A stretch of DNA of 64,000 nt from the human T2T-CHM13v2.0 reference genome, Homo sapiens, in NCBI RefSeq assembly GCF_009914755.1, contig NC_060928.1; one strand, written 5' to 3'. The notes under the pieces are model-generated. The model made no database searches, had not been told where the DNA came from, and was given only the letters and a program-made list of their open reading frames with translations. The translations under genes and the position numbers were made by a program. Shown here piece after piece: positions 26,351-39,552 of this stretch. The stretch's first letter is position 1. Every line of letters starts with the position of its first letter.

Positions 26351-28467
26351 ATGTCAAGATAAAATCCCTAGATATTTTGTTTATTGAAAAGAAGAAATCT
26401 TACTGCTTAATGTAATTGTATATATTTTATATTATAAAATTATAGGAAGTGAAACCAGTGTTAGTACATTTTTCATAACATCTAACCTGATTTATCTCTA
26501 ATTCTCATTTGGATTGAATGTCTAACATATTATTGAATTGATAAAAGAGAAATTTTCAAATCATTCGAGTTATTCTTCTTTTCAGCAAATTAGAATACTA
26601 ATTCTTTGTAATAGACTAGAAAATAAAACAAAAAAAATACTCCTATAAAATCATAGGTTCTTTTGCATCAATTAACTGACAATTCTTATGTATGGTTGAA
26701 AACCAGCATATGGGAAAAATGCAGCAATCATCACTACTGACAAGGAGATGACAACAGAAGTACAGAGCTCAACCTCCCTGGGCCCTGGGAAGAGATCCCT
26801 TTGGAGAAGCAGGGTCATCTTCTTTTCTCCATTTTCTGAATTTTCATTTGGATTTTTCTTTTGAGTCTGATTTATTATTAACAAATCAATCAACCAAGTA
26901 TTAATAAGGTGCTTATTAATAAACTTCAGAAGCTCTAACGGATCCAAATAAGTAAAAATATGACTATTTACTAATATCATGTTATAATTAAGTGAAAAAA
27001 TGATATGGATTGCTGTAAATATACACATACTCAATTTTCATAAACAAGGCAGTGTATGACACGTGCTGAAATAATACAGATGCTTTACTTTCTAGCTGCT
27101 CTAAAATTGAAGCCATCACTCCTACTAGGTAGTAAAAAAGGTCTTCATTAAAATCATGTGGGAGAGACAGACAGAGAGAATTGTAATTTTATCTTCATTA
27201 TGCTTACCTCACATACTGTGATTATTTTCCAGTCTTTAGGAATCTAAAACCATTTCAAGAGTCTCTGGGTGCAGGAACTTCGTTTCTACTGCTCCTCATC
27301 TTACTTCACAGGTTGCTCCCTGTTCTCTGCAGTGACCAGGATGCAAAGCTCAACCATTTCACACGTTGACACAAAACATGATAATTTAGTAGACTTTACT
27401 AAATATTCAACTTATGGTGGGTTGTTAGGGAACAAACATGGTACAACCGGGAAATTCCCACTCACTAAGTCCTCAGCCTCTCTCACCATTGCACTGCCTC
27501 CTTCTGTTCTCCTCCCTCTCAGCCTCTCCTTAACACTAACTGTCCAGTTTGCATCACACTCTCAGGCAGAACTCTTCTCATATTTTGATTAGAGTCTTTT
27601 CATTTACTGTAGTTGATCATAGAAAAAAAATTAAATTATAATCATCTTTGCATATCCTAATCGCAAACAGAAGAGTCTTCGATTTAATATGAGGGATATT
27701 TTTGTCTATTATATTAGAATCTCATCATTTGGAATAATGAATGAAATAAGTTCCAGAAAGGTATAAGAGAATTAGCAAAGACATTGAGGTGTGATGATCC
27801 ATTTGAACAGAAGTAAAGTTATGATGCCAATACAAAGGTTGTGAGACATTTACAAGAGATGGTAAATGCCAGTTTAATTAAAATAAGGTTTATATCTTAG
27901 ATAGCAGGGATTTATTAGACTTTTTCAGTAGAATATAAAAACAATTTGATAAATGGTAAATAATCTAGATCCACAGACTCCTGTTAAAAGGTCATTGTAA
28001 TTAATATGACCTAAGTGATAATATCAGAAGACAATGTGGTACCATCAAGAGTCAAGAGATCAGAGAAACACCCTGAAGACATTGTCAAAATTTTCTATTA
28101 TATTGAAGGCAGTAAAATGCTAGGTGCTCCTGGATTTATAACTTAAGTGAACAAACACATTCCTCTAACATGGGAGCTAATAATTTTAAACAGAAACCAT
28201 TGCATACATATTTCTGAATAAAGCAATGTAAAGACAGGCAGTGTATCTAACTCCAAAAATTCTTTGAGAGGATCTCGTAGTATTGCCGTGTAATTAAGTA
28301 TATCAATGATGAAAGTCTAACTTAACCTTGAAAATATAGAGTCCAGTTTCATGAAGTGAACAAATTCATGTTTGTAAATCATTAGCTTATAACATTGAAT
28401 GACTCATAATTTTCTAGCATCAGAATAATAAAATCCAGAATCAAGAGGCAACAGAAGTCGTTCATTC

Positions 28468-28750
28468 TGTAATCCCAGCACTTTGGGAGGCCGAGGCGGG
28501 TGGATCACGAGGTCAGGAGATCGAGACCATCCTGGTTAACACGGTGAAACCCCGTCTCTACTAAAAATAAAAAACAAATTAGCCGGGCGAGGTGGCGGGC
28601 GCCTGTAGTCCCAGCTACTCGGGAGGCTGAGGCAGGAGAACGGCGTGAACCCCGGGGGGCGGAGCCTGCAGTGAGCCGATATCGTGCCACTGCACTCCAG
28701 CCTGGGCGACAGCGAGACTCCATTTCAAAAAAAAAAAAAAAAAAAAAAAA
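28468..28750 (+). mobile_element. Young, slightly 5'-truncated AluY (AluYe5-type diagnostics)
   Basis: gggcgaggtggcgggcg, gaaccccggggggcggagcctgcag, gacagcgagac; pure A tail; TSD agaagtcgttcattc (28453-28467) / agaagtcattcattc (28750-28764). Confidence 0.92.
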
Positions 28751-30427
28751 GAAGTCATTCATTCAACTGTAGTACTGAGCAACTACTCTGTGCTTCGGTA
28801 CATCAGATTGACAACCCATGCGTGCTGAAGGGCTCATATTCTAATGGGAAAGGTGAGTAATTAGGAAACAAAAAAATGTTGATGCTTGTCTTGATAAGAT
28901 GACTGCATTGAGCTGGGAGAAAATTACGAGGGGGAAGTGAGGAAACAGGTACATCAGGATGCTCCAAGAGGTGAATTGTTCTATACCTTATTGTTCTCTG
29001 AAAATCTGATTTAAGAAAGTATCTGTATGTTGTTCACATCACTGTATCTAATTACAACTTCTCTTCATGTATGTAAGATGCAAAGAGAGAATATGGGAGA
29101 TTATTTCAACCTCAGTAAAAGTCTGAACCCAGAAAATAAAACAGAACTTCTAGCATTGGTATGTGAACCATATTGCTAAGCAGGAGTAAAGAAACTTTCT
29201 TATAATTACTGCATGAAGATATTCCTTTTTAAACCTATGACGCAAGGTTGCTGCAAACAAACTCTACCTGTTACTGAGGCAGCTTTTGTACCCGCTGAAA
29301 TATCTTCAATTTAATCAGGAGTGTCAAAATCTTCCCTCGTTTTCTTACTGAATTTCTTCATTTTGAATTAATTTTATTCATTCAGAAAATATTTACAAAG
29401 TTTACGTCAAGGCAACATGCTGGAAGATTAGGACCTTGTTCATAGCTTTGGAGAACTTAACCAGTTAGTGAATTAGTGAATCCCCCACTCCCCAATCCCA
29501 CCCCGCTTTTTATTTGCAAAACTTCTTGGTTCTCATGTATAGTCTTCACTCTATCCTTGCTCCTCTTAATTCTTAGGCTCTTGCTTTCTCCTCCTTCTCT
29601 TTCTTCCTTTATTCACTGAAAACCATCTAACTTTTTCATCTAGGTACTGTCTGTCAGTGAATAGTCTGCCCTGCAGTTCCACAAGCAGCACTAATGGAAA
29701 CATATGCGTTTAGTAAGAGGACCTGGGGTGGGAGGAGGGTAAGGGAGGAGATTGTGAGGGAGCTTTGTAGGAAGCACTAAATCTGCCTTCTTTTATCATA
29801 GGTTAAGTAAATGTGAAAGGAGCCCTAGAAAGCTTAAGTGCTTTTTGATGGTGCTTTCTTCAGAAGATGGAGAGAGGAAAAAGAATGAGTGATGTAGCAT
29901 CTTATGCAAGATGCACTTAAGGTCAGATCTCTATATTATTACTCAGCAAGTCTTCCCAATCTTGAAGACATTATCTGGTGGATTTACAGTCCACAGAAAT
30001 TGTAACTTAGGCATTCTTTCACAAAATGCCTGGGAAGAGAAATATGTATTAAGAAAAAAATAAGAGTCAATCCTATGTCTTTTTAAAGATGTAGAAAGAA
30101 GAAACAGTGAAAATAGTTGAAGAAAAAAGCTCTATTTCAGGGATAATAAATAAAACATCATTATAACCTATTTCGCAGAACAATCAGATTATTTTGTGGC
30201 AAAGGTATTTTGTCAGATTACATACAAAACAAAAAGTGTATTCCCAATCTAAAGGAGATGCAGTGAAGATTTGTAGGCATTTACTAAGTGGAAAAAAAAA
30301 CCCCACAAAAACAAAAACAAATGATTTAAGAATCAGTAATGGTTATTTTTTCTTTTCAAAAATTTCTGGATAAATTTTTATTTTGATAAATATCTCATTT
30401 TCCTGGAGGAAGAGATTGCCATAATAG

Positions 30428-30429
<2 letters not shown>

Positions 30430-30466
<37 letters not shown>
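30430..30466. repeat. (TG)n microsatellite
   Basis: About 18 TG units followed by a degenerate TA/CA tract. Confidence 0.95.
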
Positions 30467-30468
<2 letters not shown>

Positions 30469-30589
30469 CATAAATACACACACATATACATGTATACATA
30501 ATAGGATTGTGTATACTTATATGTAAAAGGTACCGATGGCTCTATCTCTGCAACTGAATAGTGTATTCATGAAAGATGCCAACTAGCGC

Positions 30590-31129
30590 AGGGGAAAAGA
30601 AAGTATCTTTTTTCACCCATCCCTAGGTTCATGGCTGAGGGCTTTCAAAAGACAAATTAACAAGAGAAAAGCATATAGATTTATATAATTAAGGTTTATG
30701 TGACATAACTGCCTTCATAAGAAATGAAGACCCCAAAGAAATGATAAACTTGTGTATTTTTATGCTTAGGTTTGAAGTAGGTGTGGCTAGTTTCAAGAAC
30801 TATGGTTGGACAAAGGGAGTCTAATCTAATGGCAATAAACTGTGGGGGACTTAGCAAGCCCTGTTTGTTCAGGTACTTCTCTGTGTCTCTGTATCTTTAG
30901 TGAGAAGGATAATCCTTTCCTCTGGGTATAAGGAGGACACATCTTGAAAGAGAGTCTCATCACTCCTTGCAGGGGACAGGAGAGGAAGAAGGTCAGAGAG
31001 TGACCATTCAAATTTTTATGACCTGCTTCAAGGGAGAAGGACAAGGGGAAAGTAAGGGTGGCCTTCCTTCTGCTATTTTCCCAAATGCAAAGATGCTGTA
31101 CCTTAGGGTAGCATGTACTGAACCCATCA
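30590..31129 (-). mobile_element. ERV1 solo LTR (MER34/MER39-like, MER4 group)
   Basis: aaaagacaaattaacaagagaaaagcat and ggtcagagagtgacc; reverse start reads tgatgggttcagtacatgctaccc. Confidence 0.65.
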
Positions 31130-32955
31130 CTGGTGAATAGTATCCTTTGCCATACAACTAGAACAGAAGTTGACAGTCATTTCTGCTCTACCCATTGTTC
31201 CCGTGACAACTCTGACTGAGGTCTCTCCTTTCTCAAAGCAGTGCTCAGCCCAGCCTCTCAGCACTCAATCTTCTTTATTATACATTGTATTTCCTACTTT
31301 TTCATGAAGTCTAGGTGGCAACCTGAGACTCACATTAAAGTTACTGTCCTCTAAACACCTGTGTCTCTTACCGACTGTCCATCATCCAATTTGATCTATT
31401 TATTTTGTGACATTTTGTAATTTCCACTGTGCATTTCGAGTGTTGGTCAAATGGAAATAGAAACTTTCACAACATCAAACTGTGAAGAATATATTTATGC
31501 TGTTGTGCTTTCTGTTATCATAGTCCTTGCTTGGTAGTGTATTGTGGCTACGACACACTGTGCTAATCTAATCATTGTTTAAAACATGTTGCTTTTAAAA
31601 GGTTTACTACAGGGTAACTGAGCAGGGTGTCCATCCTTTGGACTTAATGAAAACTATAGAAATGTAGTGTCTTTTTTCCAAAGGAGGTATTCTTAATTAT
31701 CGTTCCAGTTGTTCATTTTAGTATTTAATTTAAGGACCTGAAATTGTTGGGTAGCAATGAAAAATGAATCTTAAGTTTCTTGCTGTTTGCACAATTTTGC
31801 AGTGGTGAATAAAAAATATCAAGGAATATGTGGGAGAATCTATGACTGTATCTCTTCTAGCCATATCTTCATAAGGAAATCATTTTAAGAATGCCGACCA
31901 CAGATTTTTAGCCTCATTTCAACTTCAAAATCACAAGCTGTACTGACAGATGAGTCATGAATCTCTTCTCTTCTGGTCTAAGTGAAGAAAAAATAAAACA
32001 TCAGGAAATACAATGGTTTTATAACAGTGATTGTTTTATTTAGGTCTTGAACATGGGAAGGTATTTCATTCCACTATGCTACAACATAACAAAACATTCT
32101 ACTTACATCTCAAAATTCCTGCCATGTCATTACAATTTATCACACATAACTTTTGGTATGTTTGTTTGGGGCATCTGATTTCTGTAACTCAGTGAAGCCT
32201 AATCTTTCCTTGTTTAATGCCAAGGGCAGATCCTGGGCAACAGAGTCATGTTTCAGAAATGTCAGGCATACTGAGGAAGTACAAACCACCAGTGGCAACT
32301 GCTCCTTATACTGTCCTCTGAAAAGCAAGCACTCAGGCGTCTCTAGGCCCAGCATCCTTGGCGGCTTTGTTCTTGTTGGAAGCAATTGCATACAATGACT
32401 TTAGTACAGAAGGGCATCTGATAAGTATAGAGTATTTTTGAAATGTGTTTTTTGCCTTGAAACACATCTGTTAGGTAGAAAGGGTGAGATTTTTTAAAAA
32501 ATTTCCATTTGACAGACATGGAAGCAAATGCACAAAAATTATTCAGGGTGTACCTAAATAGGTCATTTATTTGTGACTTACCAGACCACAAACCTAACTC
32601 TAATATATCAATTATAATATTCACCAACTACTTAAGAACAGATTTTCAGAACACTTGGAATGGGAGAATAAAATTTACATTAGTTGTATGCATCTATTTT
32701 AACTGGTTTCCAATTTTAACATGTTAAAAGAAGCAATAGAGAGACAGAGAGCTGCCCTGTGGTAGCTGGTGCCAGGACCACAACCAAATCTCAAGGATTC
32801 TCAAGTGTTCAGTTTCCTTTGTTTCTTGAAAATGACCAGGAATATAGCCAATATTATAAGTAAACAGCAAAAGAATAAAAATATGTGTTTTTTTGATTCT
32901 AAAAATATAATGAAAGATGAGAAAACTTAAAAATATTTCAAGGTAAATTTTAACC

Positions 32956-33377
32956 ACAATCTTTTATATGGAATATCATTCCTTGTTATCAAGCACAATG
33001 TCTCAACTTAAAAAAATTTAATATATCCAATTCAGATACTACTTACTTATTTATGGTCTTAAAGACCCAAATGTACTCTAGCTTATTATTGTAGTAGACA
33101 TCCAAAAGAAAAAATGCAAGGTGGTTAAAAATTCCTTTCTGTAAAATGGTTTTTAAAATTTTTACTGAATAAAACAATCTTTTGGATGTCTACTACAATA
33201 ATAAGCTAGAATGCCTAAATACAAAAAATATTGATAATAAAAGTTTTCAAAGGCATGTACATTTGGGTCTTTAAGACCATAAATAAGTAAGTAGTATCTG
33301 AATTGGATATATTAAATTTTTTTAAGTTGAGACATTGTGCTTGATAACAAGGAATGATATTCCATATAAAAGATTGT
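32956..33377. repeat. Perfect 121-bp inverted repeat with nested 33-bp inverted repeat (templated insertion)
   Basis: 32956-33076 = revcomp of 33257-33377; 33077-33109 = revcomp of 33178-33210; 33125-33174 = revcomp of 33644-33693 (1 mismatch). Confidence 0.95.
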
Positions 33378-34532
33378 TTTTATATAAAGAAAGTTATGCA
33401 AAGCACATTTTCTTACAGAGTTTATGGTTTCGTTAATGCAAGTGATTCACATTTATTGTCTACTATGAGCTAAGTTTTCTTCACATGCAGCCTTTCATTT
33501 AATTCTCACAACAGTTTCCCAGAGTTGAGATATACAGAGGTAAAGCTATTTGTCCAAGGAAAAAATATAAAAAAGTAGTAATTGGCCAAACCAGGATTTT
33601 ATTTCAGATATGTAAGCCTTCAGAAGTCAAATTTTTTTCTTCATTTTATTCAGTAAAAATTTTAAAAGCCATTTTACAGAAAGGAATTTTTAAGCAGATG
33701 GTGACATTGAAGAATAACAACCTTAGAATTTTTAACAGCTCATTTGTAATGTAATTTTGTATTTCAAATATTCAATAGTCAATAGAAAAAGTGAAAAATA
33801 CAAGACTGAAAGCTGAATTAATGATTTGGGAAATCAAATGGCAAAGTTTCCCAGAACAAAACAGTACACTATGAAGATTCAAGAATGACAGGAACAAGGG
33901 AAATTTAGAAGAAATCCAGGGAAACTACTGAACAATAGGCATTCTGGAAGGCAATGAAAAAGACATTATAGGAAACACACAAACCATGAATAGAGCAATC
34001 ACATTGGTTGCAAAAGAGTTGAGGTTTTAAGTCATGCCAACCTAGTGCCAAGTATGATTAATGAAAAGAAGGTACACACCAAGACCTAGCCTGGTGCAAT
34101 TTCATCCACTCTAAGGATGAACTGAAAAAGCATATAAACTTCATGAGAGCAAAGTAGAGTCAATTTTGATCACACATCACATCTGCACCAATGAAGTCTA
34201 GAAGACAGTACAATTCTCTGAACCAAGAATTCTTCAATTTGTCAAGATATTAAAAAAAAGAAGAAGAAAAAAGTTAAGCAAGAAAGCAAGCTAGCTATGC
34301 GTACACTTATACACATACATACACACACACACACACACACAGACTATACATACTCTGGGACAATGTGTATATAATCCCTTATATATCTCTATGAAAGGGA
34401 TATAGACATTCTTAAAAAATTACTCAAGAAAACACTAGAGTTGAATGAAAATCATGTCATTTTTAATTCATATAAAAAAATCTCAAAATAGAGGACAGTT
34501 TACTAAGAAAGCACAGTTAAAAATGAATCTAG

Positions 34533-34828
34533 TAGGCGACACATGGTGGCTCAGGCCTATAATCCCAACACTTTGGGAGGCCGAGGTGTGAGGATCACTT
34601 GAGACCAGCCTGGGCAACATAAAGAGACCCCATTTCAATAAAAAATAAGAAAGAAAACTAGCCAGATGTGGTAGTGCACACCTGTAGTCCTAACTACTTG
34701 GAAGGTGACGTGGGAGGATCGCTTGAGCATGGGAGGTTGAGGCTGCAGTAAGCTATGATCATGATCACACCACTGCACTCCAGCCTGGGTGACTGGGCAA
34801 GACCCTGTCTCAAAAAAAAAAAAAAAAA
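34533..34828 (+). mobile_element. AluJ
   Basis: ggatcacttgag, gggaggatcgcttgagc...gaggctgcagtaagctatgatc J diagnostics; internal deletion in left arm; A tail. Confidence 0.93.
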
Positions 34829-35614
34829 TCTAATAGAATTCACAGTTAATCCAAACTGATGATGACAGTATGGTTGTGAACACAATTCTTGATATAAGAA
34901 GCATTTGGTAAAAACAAAAACAAACAAAAAAGATTACAGTTTTACAGTTCACTTAATAAAACATAAGAGTTCATGAAGATTGGAAAAATAAAGAAGAAAA
35001 TAAGTATGTCCTGAAGATTTTGTGTTAGAGGAAAGACTTATTAATTGCTTTCAATGGACAGTATTAATAAATAGACATATGCTTAACTGTTGTCATTAAA
35101 ATCATGAAGAAAAGCAGAGGAAATTGTATATGTATATGCATAAAGACTTGAAATTATTGACTTGAGGAAAAACAGACAAATTACTTTATCAAGTAATACA
35201 AAAAGGAAAAAGAAAGGAAAAAGAAAGAATATTGAATGAGAAAAGTCAAATAGGACAGGATGAATAAACTCAAATGTATTTATTATAAGAATAACTGTAA
35301 ATAAGTTACAATTCTTTATTGAAAAATGGAGACTTCAGTTGGGTTAAAAATTTCCAGCTCTATCCTGATTGCCAGAAAAAAGGCAGATCTTTGAAAGTAA
35401 CAAAGGACGTTATAGGCAAAGATATCTCCAGGGTGTCAATTAAAATGGAATACTTTTATCTTATGATGAAGGAACATTTGTATTTATTGAGTGTTATGTT
35501 GCAAGAAGTCGGTTTGGGGAAAAAGATTTTATTATCCTTGTTTTACAAATTAAAAAATAAGGTACACAAAGCATAGACGATTTACCTGTTGACTGGTACT
35601 CATATAAATATAAT

Positions 35615-35930
<316 letters not shown>

Positions 35931-36695
35931 TGAATAGAATTTCTTTATGAAATTTGACTCACAATTCTTTATGTTATTTATTACACCAAACTTTATTATT
36001 TAAAATACATGGTTAAGCACTTGCACATATTTATAACAGCTAAGCTATTATGCATAGAATTCACTACCTATTCCTAACCTTTAAATAATCAATATCAATA
36101 TTTTTATTCACAATAAAAATACTGTAATCAGATAGGTATCATAATGACACAGTGGCTCAATAGAAGAGAGAACCAAAATTTATCCAAGTGTAAATGGGAA
36201 TTTTATATGTGATATAGATTAAATTATCTGCTGGCTAAAAAAGGCAATACTGATTAATAATAGTGTTGGGCAATTGATGATCCATTTGAAAAATATAAAA
36301 TTAGATCCAAAGGTATACATAAGTGTATTTGCATTGAATTAGAGCTCACAATGTAAAAATTGTTAAGTAAATAAATAAACAGGGTTTGATACAAATATCA
36401 GGGTATTTTCATAATTTGGGAGTGGATAAGATCTTTTTACTCCTAGAGTCCATAAAGAAAAAAAAACTGAACTACTTTGTTGCACAAAAATTTTGAAGCC
36501 TCTAAAAAGACAAAAAAGGAAGATAACATATTGGGAAGAAGATATGATCTTATTACTCTTAAACAAAATGATCCTAAAATGTGGAAGAAAAATGTAAACA
36601 AACATCTTAATGAACAAAGGATGTGCTCAAGAAATTTAAAGAAAAAGAGCTATAGAAGTCTGATAAACTCATGAGTAGATGTTCACTCTCATTAG

Positions 36696-37747
<1,052 letters not shown>

Positions 37748-38008
37748 CTCACTAGTAGTTAAGGTAAGGACTTTAACAACTACAACACACTGTGTTATGC
37801 TTATCAGACTGACCAAAAACAAAAGAAAACAGAACAAAAAGGCAACACTCAGTGGTGTTGTGAGGGCGTGGAGAAATGGGTTTCTCTCACATGCTGCTGG
37901 TGAGACTGGAACAAGCTTTTTTTTTTTTCAAATTTTTAAAAGCTCTTCTGCTGCCTCAGCAATTCCACTCCGGGAAATGTTTCAGACATTAAAAGTAGTA
38001 TTAATTCA

Positions 38009-38307
38009 GGCCGGGCGCTGTGGCTCACGTCTGTAATCCTAGCACTTTGGGAGGCCACGGCGGGCGGATTGCCTAAGCTCAGGAGTTCGTAGCCAAGCCT
38101 GGGCAAAACGGTGAAACCCTGTCTTTAGTGAAATACAAAAAATTAGCCGGGCGTGGTGGCGGGCGCCTGTGGTCCCGGCTACTCTGGAAGCTGAGGCAGG
38201 AAAATGGCGTCAACCCGGGAGGCAGAAGCTGCAGTGAGCCGAGATCGCGCCACCGCACTCCAGCCTGGTGATAAAGCGAGAGGCCGTCTCAAAAAAAAAA
38301 AAAAAAA
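38009..38307 (+). mobile_element. Alu (S-type left arm, Y-like right arm), CpG-retaining
   Basis: Full dimer with A tail; degenerate TSD aaaagtagtattaattc / aaaagcaacattgattc. Confidence 0.93.
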
Positions 38308-38772
38308 GCAACATTGATTCTAAATAAATTTCGAAGATGTTTATTGCATCATCGTTCATGGAAGTAAAAATCGGGTAAAACCTGCATTTCCACCTAAAGA
38401 GGAATGGTTAAGTTGGTTCATTTAAACTGTGGAATGCTGGGAAGCTAGTTAAATGAAATGGAAAATGTATGGCTCCAATAGTCAGGTGAAAAAACGCACA
38501 GAATATTATGTTTACTATAACTGCAGGTTGTGAAAAAAATAATTAAAAAGCTATATATGTTTTATATATGACTGTATTAGAAGAGCAAAATACACGGAAT
38601 AATAATAATGTGTACTACACTGACAGTGGTGGTAAAGTCTGTGGGGCAAGGAGTAAGGCCGAGGAAGGCAGAGGCTCATGATTTTAAAATTTCATGTTAT
38701 ATATTTTGGCATTTAAGTGGTGTGAACATGTTTTACATTTACCTTAGCAAAGCATATGAATGGAATTATATA

Positions 38773-39066
38773 TAGTTGACTCTCTGTATCCATGGATTCA
38801 GCATCTGTGGATTCAATCAAATGCGAATTGAAAATATTAGGGAAAAAATTTCCACAAAGTTCCCAAAAGCAAAACTTGAATTTGTCACCCTCTGAGTACC
38901 AGGTTGAATCCATGGGAATGAAGTGCTATGTAGGCATTGTTTAAAGTATAGGGGAGGATGTGTGTAGGTTTTGTGCAAATTTTATGTAAGCGACTTGAGC
39001 ATCCTCGGATTTGGGTATCCTCCGGGATCCTGAAACCAATCCCCCAGGGATACTGAGGAATGACTA
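38773..39066 (-). mobile_element. MER2 (TcMar-Tigger) DNA transposon
   Basis: TIR-like ends tagttgactctctgtatcc / ggatactgaggaatgacta flanked by TA; internal gacttgagcatcctcggatttgggtatcc and aaccaatccccc. Confidence 0.88.
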
Positions 39067-39251
39067 TACATGTATATGTGAATAAATGAATACATATATA
39101 TATATATATATATGTATATGATATGTTTTCACACGTGTACAAAAGAGGCACAAAACCCAAAGAATTGTATAACTTCTAATTGCATAGGAATTTAGTTGCA
39201 CCAAAATTTATATGATTTTTGAGAGTAGACCAATGACAACAGTGAGCAAGC

Positions 39252-39552
39252 TTTTTTTTTTTTTTTTTTTTTGAGACGGAATCTCGCTCTGTAACCCAGG
39301 CGGAAGTGCAGTGGTGCGATCTTGGCCCACTGCAACCTCCGCCCCTCCAGGTTTAAGCAATTCTCTGCCTCGGCCTCTGGAGTAGCTGGGATTACAGGCG
39401 CGTGCCACCACGCCTGGTTAATTTTTGGTATTTTTAGTAGAGACGGGGTTTCACCATCTTGGCCAGGCTGGTCTTGAACTCCCGACCTCGTGAGCCACCC
39501 GCCTCGGCCTCCAAAGTGCTGGGATTACAGGCGTGAGCCACCGCGTCCGGCC
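39252..39552 (-). mobile_element. AluS (Sg-like)
   Basis: Full antisense dimer with T tail; TSD aacagtgagcaa (39238-39249 / 39553-39564). Confidence 0.96.

Noticed and set aside
32956-33377. MITE or DNA transposon interpretation of the long inverted repeat
   Set aside because: No recognisable TIR family or TSD outside the arms; the interior is itself copied from local sequence and one arm sits within a microhomology-bounded insertion.
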